Assembly: GCA_946188155.1 (NCBI GenBank)
Contig: CAMHUC010000010.1
Location: 5,834-69,833, forward strand
From: an uncultured bacterium
GTDB taxonomy: Bacteria > Bacteroidota > Bacteroidia > Bacteroidales > Bacteroidaceae
Length of the DNA stretch: 64,000 bases
Direction of reading: 5' to 3'
The translations under genes and the position numbers were made by a program. This document shows positions 18,851 through 30,084 of the stretch, piece after piece. A model generated the notes under the pieces. The model worked only from the letters and a program-made list of their open reading frames with translations, was not told the DNA's origin and searched no databases. Position 1 is the first letter of the stretch. Every line of letters starts with the position of its first letter.

Positions 18851-20140
18851 ATGCTGACAGAGAATACGATGGAGAAGCTGCGGATACTCGCGGAATCGGC
18901 GAAGTACGACGTGTCGTGCTCGTCGAGCGGCACGGTGCGCAGCGGCAAGAAGGGCATGGTGGGCAATACTGTTGGCGGCGTGGGCATCTGCCACTCCTTT
19001 GCCGACGACGGCCGCTGCATCTCCCTGCTGAAGGTGATGCTCACCAACCATTGCAAGTACGACTGCGCCTACTGCATCAACCGCCGCTCCAACGACATCC
19101 CGAGGGCCACGCTCTCCGTATCGGAACTGGAGGAGATTACGATGGAGTTCTATCGCCGTAACTATATCGAGGGCCTGTTCCTGTCGAGTGGGGTAGTGCG
19201 CAATCCCGACTACACTATGGAGAGACTGACGGCCATCGCCCGCGACCTGCGGACGGTACACCGCTTCAACGGCTATATCCACCTGAAGAGCATTCCAGGC
19301 TGTTCGCAGGAGCTGCTCACGGAGGCAGGCCGCTATGCCGACCGCATGAGCGTGAACATCGAGATTCCGAAGGAGGAGTCGCTCAAGCTGCTGGCCCCTG
19401 AGAAAGACCACCAGAGCGTGTTCCAACCCATGAAGCTGATACAGCAAGGGGTGCTGGAGAACAAGGAAGACCGCAAGAAGATGCGCCATGCACCCCGCTT
19501 CGTACCGGCAGGACAGTCTACGCAGATGATCGTCGGGGCCACGAAGGAGACCGACCGCGATATCCTATCGATGTCGTCGATGCTCTACGGACAGCCCACC
19601 ATGCGGCGCGTATACTACTCTGGCTACATCAGCGTGAACACCTACGACCCTCGACTGCCCATCCTGAAGCAGCCCCCGCTGGTGCGCGAGAACCGGCTCT
19701 ATCAGGCCGACTGGCTGCTGCGATTCTATCATTTCAAGGTGGAGGAGATCGTTGACGACCAGCACACCAACCTCGACCTGGAGGTAGACCCCAAGCTGGC
19801 CTGGGCATTGCGACACCCCGAGGCCTTCCCCGTGGACATCAACACCGCCGACTACGAGCAGCTGCTCCGAGTGCCGGGCCTCGGCACCAAGTCGGCCTGG
19901 CTCATCGTCAACTCGCGCCGCTTCAACCGCCTGACATCCTTCGACCTGAAGAAGATGGGCGTGGTGATGAAGAAGGCCAAGTACTTCATCACCTGCCACG
20001 AGCTGACCACCAACTACTCCATACCCGTAGTCGGCATCAACGAGCTGCACCCCGAGCGCCTACGCCCGCTGCTCATCTCGAAGAGCCAGCAGAAACGAGC
20101 CGCCGAGGAGATGCAGCTAACCCTCGACTTCAAGGACTAA
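18851..20140 (+). CDS. Putative DNA modification/repair radical SAM protein (TIGR03916-like)
   Basis: AKYDVSCSSSG, GICHSF, CKYDCAYC (CxxxCxxC), RENRLYQADWLLRFY, HhH motif LLRVPGLG. Confidence 0.92.
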   Translation: MLTENTMEKLRILAESAKYDVSCSSSGTVRSGKKGMVGNTVGGVGICHSFADDGRCISLLKVMLTNHCKYDCAYCINRRSNDIPRATLSVSELEEITMEFYRRNYIEGLFLSSGVVRNPDYTMERLTAIARDLRTVHRFNGYIHLKSIPGCSQELLTEAGRYADRMSVNIEIPKEESLKLLAPEKDHQSVFQPMKLIQQGVLENKEDRKKMRHAPRFVPAGQSTQMIVGATKETDRDILSMSSMLYGQPTMRRVYYSGYISVNTYDPRLPILKQPPLVRENRLYQADWLLRFYHFKVEEIVDDQHTNLDLEVDPKLAWALRHPEAFPVDINTADYEQLLRVPGLGTKSAWLIVNSRRFNRLTSFDLKKMGVVMKKAKYFITCHELTTNYSIPVVGINELHPERLRPLLISKSQQKRAAEEMQLTLDFKD

Positions 20141-20925
20141 TGACCACCTACATCTTCGATAATACCCTCGACGGGCTGCTGACAGCCGTGTTCGATGCCT
20201 TTGCCCTGCACGAGCAGCCGGAGGCATTGCTCACCGAGGGCGAGCCGTTGCCGCTGTTCTGCGACCGGCAGTATCTGGTGCATACCGACGAGGAGAAGGC
20301 CCGCCGCGTGTGGACAGGCCTGGAGAAGCACCTCGACCGCGAGGCACTGCACGTCATCTCCCTCAGCTGGCTCTCAGAACTGCGCGAACTCAACCAGCCG
20401 CTATTCCGATACATCTGCAAGGTGTTCAGGGGTGGGGCAGGAGGGGGTCACAACTATGCCGACCCCGACGTGCTCGCCGTGCGCAACATCGCAAGGAAGG
20501 TGGCCCACGAACAGCTCCGCATGAAGCAGTTCATCCGGTTCCAGAAAGCCAAGGACGGTACCTACCTCGGTGTCGTCGCCCCCGACCACAACGTGCTGCC
20601 CATCGTCGTCGACCACTTCCAGGACCGCTTCCGCGACCAGCCCTGGCTCATCTACGACGCCCGTCGCCACTACGGCTACTACTATGCGGGCGAGGAGAAC
20701 GGCGCAGACGTCACCCGCATCACCTTTGCCGACGAACAGGCCGTGCCCTTCAGTCTCACTAACGGACAGCTCAACGACAACATCCTCAGCAGCGACGACC
20801 GTCTGCTACAAGACCTCTGGCGCACCTACTTCAAGGCCATCTGCATCAAGGAGCGCCTCAACCCCCGCAAGCAGCTGGGCGACATGCCCCGCCGCTACTG
20901 GAAGTACATGACGGAGAAACGCTAA
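20140..20925 (+). CDS. TIGR03915/DUF4130 putative DNA repair partner protein
   Basis: YIFDNTLDGLLTAVF, PDHNVLP, HFQDRF, W.IYD.RR, MPRRYWKYMTE; usual partner of the radical SAM gene. Confidence 0.9.
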   Translation: MTTYIFDNTLDGLLTAVFDAFALHEQPEALLTEGEPLPLFCDRQYLVHTDEEKARRVWTGLEKHLDREALHVISLSWLSELRELNQPLFRYICKVFRGGAGGGHNYADPDVLAVRNIARKVAHEQLRMKQFIRFQKAKDGTYLGVVAPDHNVLPIVVDHFQDRFRDQPWLIYDARRHYGYYYAGEENGADVTRITFADEQAVPFSLTNGQLNDNILSSDDRLLQDLWRTYFKAICIKERLNPRKQLGDMPRRYWKYMTEKR

Positions 20926-21086
20926 GCCCGGAACAACAGCTCTAACAAAAGGACGGCTCTACTGATGATAAAAACATATACTGAAGTTGAATTTCGTTAA
21001 TAAATCAGCGGAATCTCACTTTTTTATAGACTTTCCGCTTGTTTTCTCACGAAAATGTATTATCTTTGTGGCGTAATTCAAAATAA

Positions 21087-22517
21087 ATGGATGCCATGCT
21101 AATTGGTCGGGAAAAAGAAAAACAAGTATTACAGGATGCTCTCAACGAAGAGTACTCTCAGTTTATAGCAGTATATGGAAGACGCCGCGTTGGCAAGACT
21201 TTTCTGATCAGAGAAACCTTTGAAAACCGATTCGACTTCCAATTTACCGGGGCTGCTAATTTGACGGCAAGGAAGCAGTTGGTGCGTTTCCGTCGTGTAC
21301 TCAAGGAACACGGCCAAAAAGACACGCCAGAACTGACCAACTGGGGCGATGCTTTCAGTGAACTTAAACGGTTTATTACGAACCTGCCTGAAGGGAAGAA
21401 AGTTGTCTTCCTTGACGAACTTCCCTGGATGGATGCCCCACGCTCTGGATTTCTATCAGAGTTGGAATCGTTTTGGAACGGATGGGCATCCGCACGAAAA
21501 GATATTGTTTTTGTGGTATGCGGAAGCAGCACCTCGTGGATGGTCAAGAAAATCATTAAGAATAAAGGCGGATTGCACAATCGTCTGAACCACCGCATTT
21601 CCCTCAACCCATTCCCACTGGGATTATGCGAGAAGTTAGCCCAGTCACGAGGCCTTGTATTGAATCGCAAACAGATACTGGAGGCCTATATGATATTTGG
21701 TGGTGTACCATATTATTGGAGTCTCTTACAAAAAGGAACGAGCATAACTGCTGAGATTGACAGACTGATTTTTTCGCCTGAAGGAGAGTTGCACGACGAA
21801 TTTGAGATGCTCTATGCTTCACTGTTCAAAAAGCCAGAGCCATACGTTCGCGTAATTGAGCTATTGGCCAAGAAAAAAATGGGTATGACTCGAAAAGAGT
21901 TGTTGGTGGCAGGAAAATTTGAGGACAACGGAGCATTCTCTGACATTCTGAAAGATCTGGAGTGGTGTGGATTCATTCGCAGTTACACCATGATGGGGTA
22001 TCGTACGAAATCAGATATTTTTCAGTTGATAGACCATTACACGCTATTTTACTACGAATACATAGATGGAGCACGTCAAGGTTCTAACTATTGGAAATCA
22101 ATGTTGGGAACACCAAAGTATAACACTTGGTGCGGCTTGGCATTTGAGCGCACCTGCCTATGGCATGTTGACCAGATTAAAAAGAAGCTTGGTATCAGTG
22201 GAATACTTACAAATGAATATGCATGGCGTTGCATGCCTGATGAGACCACCGGCAGGTCGGGAGTTCAGATAGACCTGCTTATAGACCGCAGCGATGGAAT
22301 AATTGATGTATGCGAAATGAAATACTCTAAGGATTCATACACCATCACTTCCGATTATGCAGATGAGCTTGCCCGTAAACGAAATGCTTTCCAGACCGTA
22401 ACAGGCACCAAAAAAGCCATTCATTCCATTATGGTTACAACAGACGGCCTGACACGAAATGAATATTGGGGCGATATTCAGGCAGAAATACAGCTGGACG
22501 ATTTATACGAACTATAA
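21087..22517 (+). CDS. ATPase with C-terminal PD-(D/E)XK-like domain
   Basis: IGREKE, YGRRRVGKT, FLDELPW, QIDLLI...VCEMK; low GC; start may be 21096. Confidence 0.88.
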   Translation: MDAMLIGREKEKQVLQDALNEEYSQFIAVYGRRRVGKTFLIRETFENRFDFQFTGAANLTARKQLVRFRRVLKEHGQKDTPELTNWGDAFSELKRFITNLPEGKKVVFLDELPWMDAPRSGFLSELESFWNGWASARKDIVFVVCGSSTSWMVKKIIKNKGGLHNRLNHRISLNPFPLGLCEKLAQSRGLVLNRKQILEAYMIFGGVPYYWSLLQKGTSITAEIDRLIFSPEGELHDEFEMLYASLFKKPEPYVRVIELLAKKKMGMTRKELLVAGKFEDNGAFSDILKDLEWCGFIRSYTMMGYRTKSDIFQLIDHYTLFYYEYIDGARQGSNYWKSMLGTPKYNTWCGLAFERTCLWHVDQIKKKLGISGILTNEYAWRCMPDETTGRSGVQIDLLIDRSDGIIDVCEMKYSKDSYTITSDYADELARKRNAFQTVTGTKKAIHSIMVTTDGLTRNEYWGDIQAEIQLDDLYEL

Positions 22518-22604
22518 AAAATTGGCATATTTCTTGCCGGTATCGGCAAAAATGAGTATATTTGCGACAGAATAGGCAAACAAAACTTGCCGATAGCATC
22601 AAAT

Positions 22605-23486
22605 ATGGAGTATATATCAGTTACGGAATATGCCAACAGACACGGTATCTCGGAGCGCACGGCACGCAACTACTGTGCTCAGGGAAAGATAGAAGGAGCC
22701 TTCTTGACAGGTAAGACTTGGAACATACCTGCGGAGGCTGCTCTGCCTCGACGCTCGTCGGCCAAAAAAGTGATGCCCCTGCTGGCCGTGCTGCGCGAAC
22801 AGAAAGCATCAAGAATGAAAGGAAGCATCTATCACCGCACACAGATAGACTTGACCTACAACTCCAACCATATCGAGGGGAGCCGACTGACGCATGAGCA
22901 GACACGATACATCTTCGAGACGAACACCATCGGCATCGAAAGCGGAGCCATCAACGTGGATGACATCGTGGAGGCAGTCAACCACTTCCGGTGCATAGAC
23001 TATATCATCGACCACGCAGAGGAACGGGTGACAGAAAAGATGATGAAACACCTGCATCAGCTGCTCAAAAGCGGCACATCCGACAGCCGGAAAGACTGGT
23101 TTGCCGTGGGCGATTACAAACGGCTGCCCAATGAGGTGGGAGGTCAGGACACCTGTCCGCCAGAGGAAGTTCACCGCCAGCTGACGGCTTTGCTGAAAGA
23201 ATATCACGGCATGCGGCAGAAATCATTTGTGGACATACTCGACTTCCACGTGCGCTTTGAGCGTATCCATCCCTTCCAGGATGGCAACGGCAGGGTGGGG
23301 CGGCTGCTGATGTTTAAGGAGTGCCTGGCCAACGGCATCGTGCCATTCATCATTACCGACGAATTGAAGATGTACTATTATCGCAGACTCCGGGAGTGGG
23401 GCCACATCAACGGTTACCTGACCGACACCTGCCTGACAGCTCAGGATCAGTATAAGGCCCTGCTGGACTATTTCAGGATTGGATAG
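22605..23486 (+). CDS. Fic family protein with N-terminal HTH
   Basis: HPFQDGNGRVGR Fic motif, SNHIEGS, N-terminal ISERTARNYCAQGKIEGA. Confidence 0.92.
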   Translation: MEYISVTEYANRHGISERTARNYCAQGKIEGAFLTGKTWNIPAEAALPRRSSAKKVMPLLAVLREQKASRMKGSIYHRTQIDLTYNSNHIEGSRLTHEQTRYIFETNTIGIESGAINVDDIVEAVNHFRCIDYIIDHAEERVTEKMMKHLHQLLKSGTSDSRKDWFAVGDYKRLPNEVGGQDTCPPEEVHRQLTALLKEYHGMRQKSFVDILDFHVRFERIHPFQDGNGRVGRLLMFKECLANGIVPFIITDELKMYYYRRLREWGHINGYLTDTCLTAQDQYKALLDYFRIG

Positions 23487-25225
23487 ATGAGATTATGACG
23501 AGTAGAGAAGTAGTCGCTCCGTATGATCCATTCCGACACATCCCATTTCTTCGAGCTGATGGTGGCTTGATAGGTGGGCGAGAGCAGTGATTGTCCAAGT
23601 CCATACCAGTCTGACTTGATACCCAAGAGGTCCAGCAGGGTTGTATAGACATCCAGTTGGTTGCATTCTCCTGTCCACATCTTTTTCTTTATCTCTGACG
23701 GGAGATTGACGATATATAGTGGAATGTCCTTGCTCACGCCACCGAAGTCTGAGCTATGCACTGGGTGATCGGCGGCTATCACGATGAGGCTGTTGTCGTA
23801 TAGCCCGGTGCGTTTCAGATGCTCGAAATACCGCTTCATCTGACTGTCGGTATAATGGCACGCATTGAGATAGCAGGCAAAGTCAGCGGGCAAGGTTTTA
23901 TCGCTTATTGGGAAGGTCGGGTCTATCTGTTTGTTATATGGCTGGTGCATAGAAGATGTAAGGATAACCGATAGAAATGGGTGACTCATGGTCTTATCTT
24001 TCTCTGTCGCCATCTCAAACACCTGGCAGTCGTTCAACCACGGCTCATGCTCATTGTGACAGCCTTCGCTGGTATACAATCTGTCGAAACCGTATCGTTG
24101 GCACATAATCCCTTGCGACCAGATGGAGGGAGCGGTAGGTATAACCATTACAGACTCCCTTTTTAATAGCTTCGGTAAACCAGGCAACGTTACTTCAATA
24201 GCCTTGGAGATAGTGATGACAGATCGCAGGGGCAGCAGTCCTGTCATGTAAATGAACTGACCGTCGGAGGACTCGCCTATTGTCACGTTTTCATTCATAC
24301 AGCCATTATAATAAACAGTTGAGTCGCGTTTTAACTTATTCAAGAACGGGGTTACTTCCTTTCCTTCGATAGTGAAGTCTGATACCACAGACATAAGCGA
24401 TTCTACAAGAATGATAATGATGTTGGATGGAGCTATATGCTCTCTTCCCGAAATGTTTTGGTTGGCAGATTCTATCCACAGCGATATTTCTCTTTGTTGC
24501 TCAGGGGTTAACTGCACATTTCTTTCTGAGTTGGCATACTCATAAAGCAGTGACCTGACGCATCCCCTGTAATATGTGGAAGTGCAAGGATTCCAGGAAT
24601 AGAGTTCCGGCGAAAGCAGATGATTTTGCAGCCGATTGATGATGAAACCAGCGTATCTACAACCAGGTGTCAACATAGCAAAGCCAATATATGAAACAAT
24701 GACAACCCCTGCGGCCACAAGCAAAGACAACAGAACGCTACGTATTGGCAGAATGGAAGTCCCGCCCCTTTTGAAGATTAAGCAGAAAAAACAAATACAA
24801 ATGGGATAATACAGATCATTCCACGACAGTCCATCAATGACGCTTGCTCTTATTTGCTTGTCAATCAGCGTTCCTCCTTGTCCTATGGCGGAGAGTGAAA
24901 GATACTGATGAAAGAACCGGGAATAGAGTACGTTTGTAAAAGACCAAACAAGCGTCACAAAAAAAGTGGCTGACAATGCGAGCCTTGACTTTCTCCAAGC
25001 CACAACAGAAAAGATCAGATATAAAACGGCTACGTCAATTACAACCGCCAATACGTTCTCGCTGATAGCGGGAATATCCAAAACAGCATCAATGTTACCC
25101 TCACTGTATAGGCTATAGTGCATCAGCAGCAGATTCAGCATACAAAGGGAAAAAATGATCCAATGTGAACCGATTCTTGGCATCAGACTTGGTGTACATC
25201 CAGTAGATATCATACAGACATTCAT
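23468..25225 (-). CDS. LTA synthase / sulfatase family membrane protein
   Basis: Several N-terminal TMs, NIIIILVES, EVTPFLN, SMHQPY, AADH, QLDVYTTLLDLLG; low GC. Confidence 0.88.
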   Translation of the reverse strand: MNVCMISTGCTPSLMPRIGSHWIIFSLCMLNLLLMHYSLYSEGNIDAVLDIPAISENVLAVVIDVAVLYLIFSVVAWRKSRLALSATFFVTLVWSFTNVLYSRFFHQYLSLSAIGQGGTLIDKQIRASVIDGLSWNDLYYPICICFFCLIFKRGGTSILPIRSVLLSLLVAAGVVIVSYIGFAMLTPGCRYAGFIINRLQNHLLSPELYSWNPCTSTYYRGCVRSLLYEYANSERNVQLTPEQQREISLWIESANQNISGREHIAPSNIIIILVESLMSVVSDFTIEGKEVTPFLNKLKRDSTVYYNGCMNENVTIGESSDGQFIYMTGLLPLRSVITISKAIEVTLPGLPKLLKRESVMVIPTAPSIWSQGIMCQRYGFDRLYTSEGCHNEHEPWLNDCQVFEMATEKDKTMSHPFLSVILTSSMHQPYNKQIDPTFPISDKTLPADFACYLNACHYTDSQMKRYFEHLKRTGLYDNSLIVIAADHPVHSSDFGGVSKDIPLYIVNLPSEIKKKMWTGECNQLDVYTTLLDLLGIKSDWYGLGQSLLSPTYQATISSKKWDVSEWIIRSDYFSTRHNLIYPILK

Positions 25226-25279
25226 AATCCGTCAGACACCCTTAATCGGACTTGCTAAATAGATGTTACGGTAACTACA

Positions 25280-25620
25280 AAAAGAAGAAGCGGGGTATCT
25301 GGCTTCCGCCTGTTCGCCGTTAAGGTCCTAGGAAAACCTGTAGAATGAACAGACAGAGTGACACCCACGCCGTTGGTATATATACAATACGCCCGTAAAG
25401 CGTGCTTGAGGACATGGTTAGCCCTCTGCACGCTGTCGGGACGGTATATACCTACCCGTAGCATCTACTTCTGCGATGTTCTTGACTCTACGTTCGAATT
25501 TCCTAGGTTCTAACGGCCAAAAACAAAGCGTCGGCGACGCATTCCCAAAATGTAGTGCTTCCTCCTCCGCTCCGGCATCCTTCAGGTGTCGGCACGGCGT
25601 GAGTTTGCGCTGCAAAATTA
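25280..25620 (-). ncRNA. Putative structured 5' leader upstream of the LTA synthase gene
   Basis: TAnnTTTG promoter at about 25613-25620; 25316-25335 pairs with 25499-25517; U-rich 3' tail; same layout as 59715-59992. Confidence 0.45.
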
Positions 25621-25690
25621 CGCAAAATAATCAGAATTTCCTCGCTTTTCGGTGAAAAGTTTAGAAAAAAGTTTAGCCTGCATTATTCAC

Positions 25691-25755
25691 GCTAACAGAG
25701 GGACGGTTCTTTTGTTATCTCGCTGAGATAACAAAAGAACCGTCCCTCTGTTAGC
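25691..25755. repeat. Perfect 65-bp palindrome (REP-like)
   Basis: 31-bp arms gctaacagagggacggttcttttgttatctc with a 3-nt loop. Confidence 0.9.
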
Positions 25756-25765
25756 ATAGCCTGAC

Positions 25766-26164
25766 TCATTTGGCGCGCTTCCAGGTCTGCGTCTCGTAGA
25801 ACATGCCTAAATAGCCCCTCACTTTCAGCTCGCTGCCCTCGGGCCAGATGGAGCACTTGTAGGTCTTGCCGTTCTTCGGGTTGTAGATCTGGCCACCCTC
25901 CCACTTGTCCTTCTTCTTCGACAGGCCGGAGAGGATGTTCACGCCCATCAGCTTACGCGACTTCAGCTTGGCGTCCTTGTTGTTCTTGTCGACGGTGTCG
26001 GGGCCTTTCTGCAGCCACACGATCTTGCCGTTCAGCACGTTGCCCTGCTGATAGATTTCCACCTGTGCGTCGCCCGACTCGGTGACCCACTTTCCGATAA
26101 TGCCCTGCGCGTAGCCGCTGATCGACAGCAGCATGAGGGCCATGCTCAATAATACCTTTTTCAT
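25766..26164 (-). CDS. DUF2147-domain secreted protein, copy 2
   Basis: Near-identical to 15473-15874. Confidence 0.9.
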   Translation of the reverse strand: MKKVLLSMALMLLSISGYAQGIIGKWVTESGDAQVEIYQQGNVLNGKIVWLQKGPDTVDKNNKDAKLKSRKLMGVNILSGLSKKKDKWEGGQIYNPKNGKTYKCSIWPEGSELKVRGYLGMFYETQTWKRAK

Positions 26165-26182
26165 ATTTCTGTTTGTAAATGA

Positions 26183-27058
26183 TTACTTGCTGTTTCCCAT
26201 CACCTTCGAGATGTCAAGCATCATGCCATTGCCGCCTACAATCTGAGGCATCTTGCCGTCCCATTTCTCTATCATATCCTCCTGCACAATCATCGGCGAG
26301 AGCGAGGCGGCGATGGTCTTGTTGTAGTATGCCTCAGCGTCGGCCTTGATGCGCATGGCCTTGGCGGCACCCTCGGCCTTGGCAATCTCAATCTTGGCGT
26401 TGGCCTCGGCCTCCTTCACCTGGTTCTCGGCCTTCAGGGCACTCTGTATGGCCGTGTTCTTGGCGTCGATCATCGCCGTCAGCGAGCTGGGCGGGGTAAT
26501 CTTGCTGGTGAACTCCTCGACAATAAAGCCCTCGGCCATGAGCGACTTCTCCAAGCGGGCACGCACGTCGCGCTCGAAGTTGGCGCGGTTCGACATCAGC
26601 GAGTCCGACGTGTACTGGTTGGCGCAGGTGCGGTAGGCCTCGTAGATGCAGGTGCGTATGTAGCCCTCCTCCAGCTCCTTCACGCCGACGCGGTACTTGG
26701 TGAAGATGTCGCACGCCTTCTCAGGGTTGATGCGGTAGGCGATGGTGGGGTCCATCTCGAAGATGGAGGCGTCCTTGGCATTGACCGAGAACGTCTCGTA
26801 CTGCTTGCGCTGGGTGAAGGTGGGGTAGGTGAACACACTCGTCGTGATGGGGTTATAGAATACCCAGCCCTTGCACGTTCCCTCCACGCCGCCGTAGTCC
26901 TGCTCCGATGCCGACCACTTGTGGAACTTGATGCCCACCTCGCCGGAGTCGACCACGGTGCAGCAGACTGCGAAGAAAATCAGCACCAGCACGATGCCGC
27001 CGACAGCGTACATCAGGGGGCGGCTCAGCTTGTTGTTCATAACAGATTTCGTTGTCAT
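26183..27058 (-). CDS. SPFH/Band 7 family membrane protein, copy 2
   Basis: Near-identical to 14581-15453. Confidence 0.9.
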   Translation of the reverse strand: MTTKSVMNNKLSRPLMYAVGGIVLVLIFFAVCCTVVDSGEVGIKFHKWSASEQDYGGVEGTCKGWVFYNPITTSVFTYPTFTQRKQYETFSVNAKDASIFEMDPTIAYRINPEKACDIFTKYRVGVKELEEGYIRTCIYEAYRTCANQYTSDSLMSNRANFERDVRARLEKSLMAEGFIVEEFTSKITPPSSLTAMIDAKNTAIQSALKAENQVKEAEANAKIEIAKAEGAAKAMRIKADAEAYYNKTIAASLSPMIVQEDMIEKWDGKMPQIVGGNGMMLDISKVMGNSK

Positions 27059-27142
27059 ATTCGTAATGGTTATTTATTCAATCTGCCGCAAAGATAGTGT
27101 TTTCGCGACAAACCGCCAAATATTATCCAGATTTTTCAGCTT

Positions 27143-28267
27143 TTAATTCTCCTGCCGCAGAAGCCAGAGGGCGAAGAACTGGTCGTAGACCAAATAGGTG
27201 CTGCCTTCCTGGGTGATAAAATCCTTGTCGAGCAAGGCCTTGACGGCGGACATCACACTGCTGGCTGACCATAGCTGATACTTCTTGACAAAGGCTCCGC
27301 CAGTGATGCTCTGAACCCTGCCTTCGCGGGCAATAGCACTGAAGACGAGGCGCTGGCGCTCTGGCATCTGACTGAAGAGCATCTCGTAATGCTCTGAATA
27401 GAGATCCAGCAGATAGCCGACGGCCTGATCAACCATATCCACCGTACACCTGCCGCCCTTGTCGGTATTCAGGAAGAGCACGTTCATCACTCTTTGCAGA
27501 CAAGAAGTGACACCGCTGAAGCGGGCATAGACATCGCTTACCACCGCCTCGTCGAGCGATTTCCCGTTCTTGGCAAACTGTTGTATGGCGAATGCAGTAT
27601 ATTTATCCTCCGAGATGGGCGACAACCCCATCGTGATAACCGACTGATAGAACGGACGTGCCGGCGAGAGGAATATCTCGCTCATCATGTGGCGCTTTGA
27701 CCCAGAGAACAGGAACGTGGCGTTGGGGCATCTCTGTATATGCGTGCGCAGGGCTGCCTCCACATTCTTATCGCCATAGTGGGTAATCTGCTGGAACTCG
27801 TCGATAGCTACCAGACAGGGCTTGTCGGCTGTCTTCAGATAGTTAAATATCTCGTCGAGCGTTATAGCGGAATTCGGCGTGTTACCCAGACCCAATCCCC
27901 AGACTGGGTTGCCGTTGATATCGAAGGAGATCTGATGCTGCAATGACTTCACGGCAGAGAGGAACTGTTGCCACGTTTTCCTGCCGAAGGATTTCAACTC
28001 ATCAAGAATGGCCTTGCCGAAAACATCCACGAAATCGCCCAGTGAGTTGGTCGCATAAATATCTATTATAAAGGTGTAATACCTCCTCTTTATCTCTGGC
28101 TGGCAGAACACATGATTAATCAAGTCTGTCTTTCCCAGACGGCGAGGAGATATGAGTGCCATATTGTTGTCGTTGGTGAGCAGTTTCACCAAGTCCTCCG
28201 TCTCTTTCACACGGTCGCAGAAATACTCAGGCCCGGCGTACCCTTTCGTCACAAATGGATTGTTCAT
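27143..28267 (-). CDS. Stand-alone P-loop ATPase, distant paralog of 13307-14443
   Basis: NPFVTKGYAGPEYFCDR, SPRRLGKT, IDEFQQI, YDQFF. Confidence 0.88.
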   Translation of the reverse strand: MNNPFVTKGYAGPEYFCDRVKETEDLVKLLTNDNNMALISPRRLGKTDLINHVFCQPEIKRRYYTFIIDIYATNSLGDFVDVFGKAILDELKSFGRKTWQQFLSAVKSLQHQISFDINGNPVWGLGLGNTPNSAITLDEIFNYLKTADKPCLVAIDEFQQITHYGDKNVEAALRTHIQRCPNATFLFSGSKRHMMSEIFLSPARPFYQSVITMGLSPISEDKYTAFAIQQFAKNGKSLDEAVVSDVYARFSGVTSCLQRVMNVLFLNTDKGGRCTVDMVDQAVGYLLDLYSEHYEMLFSQMPERQRLVFSAIAREGRVQSITGGAFVKKYQLWSASSVMSAVKALLDKDFITQEGSTYLVYDQFFALWLLRQEN

Positions 28268-28389
28268 AAGCATCTCTTCAATTTCATTTCGGCTACAAAG
28301 TTATGCATTAATTTTGGATTATGCAAATTAAATTATCGAAAACGCGATAATCATCATCATGATAATTGAAAACATAATAAACAAAGATG

Positions 28390-28424
28390 AAATCTGCCGC
28401 TAAGACAACATAACGGCAGATTTT
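28390..28424 (-). terminator. Hairpin downstream of ald
   Basis: aaatctgccg...cggcagattt. Confidence 0.5.
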
Positions 28425-28452
28425 CTTTCTTCATCAAGGGGCAGACCTCGCC

Positions 28453-29559
<1,107 letters not shown>

Positions 29560-29720
29560 AAGTCTTAAGTTTTTAGTTCACACTGCAAATATACGACTTT
29601 TCCGGCAAACCTCCAAATATTTCCTGACTTTTTCTTTCTAATCTCAAAAGCTTTTCCTATCTTTGCAGCGCACAAATAGGAGGCGAGGAGAAATGAGGTT
29701 GAATTGAGATATCCCATCAT

Positions 29721-29921
29721 TTTCTCAACACAGAGAACACAGAGGACACAGAGAACCATATATATGAAGAAGAATAAGAGTATGGCAGAGCGACCTGAAG
29801 GTCTACACAGAGAGCTGCCGCCATGTTGGAAGAGCGTAGCCTCTCTGTGCGAGGCATTATGCCTCTCTGACAGCCTCTGCGAACTGGTAAATATAGCCTC
29901 TGTGACCTCTGTGTTGAGAAA
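29721..29921. repeat. MITE-like 200-bp element with inverted ends built from 9-mers (ACACAGAG[A/G])
   Basis: tttctcaacacagag ... ctctgtgttgagaaa form a 15-bp perfect inverted repeat. Confidence 0.6.
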
Positions 29922-30084
29922 GGGGAAAGATGCAGAGCGTAAGCCAACCTTAGAAATCAGGTAGAATGAATTTGCACTATGTAAGGGGGCGTCGATGAAG
30001 ATTTTACTTCTTTTAACGTTTGAGGACGCAGTATTTCCGCCGTTCCGCCATTTATCTGGGTAGAAACAAAAACACCAGAGAACG

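Noticed and set aside
22605-23486. Fic toxin-antitoxin operon
   Set aside because: No small antitoxin gene lies upstream; it looks like a stand-alone HTH-Fic gene
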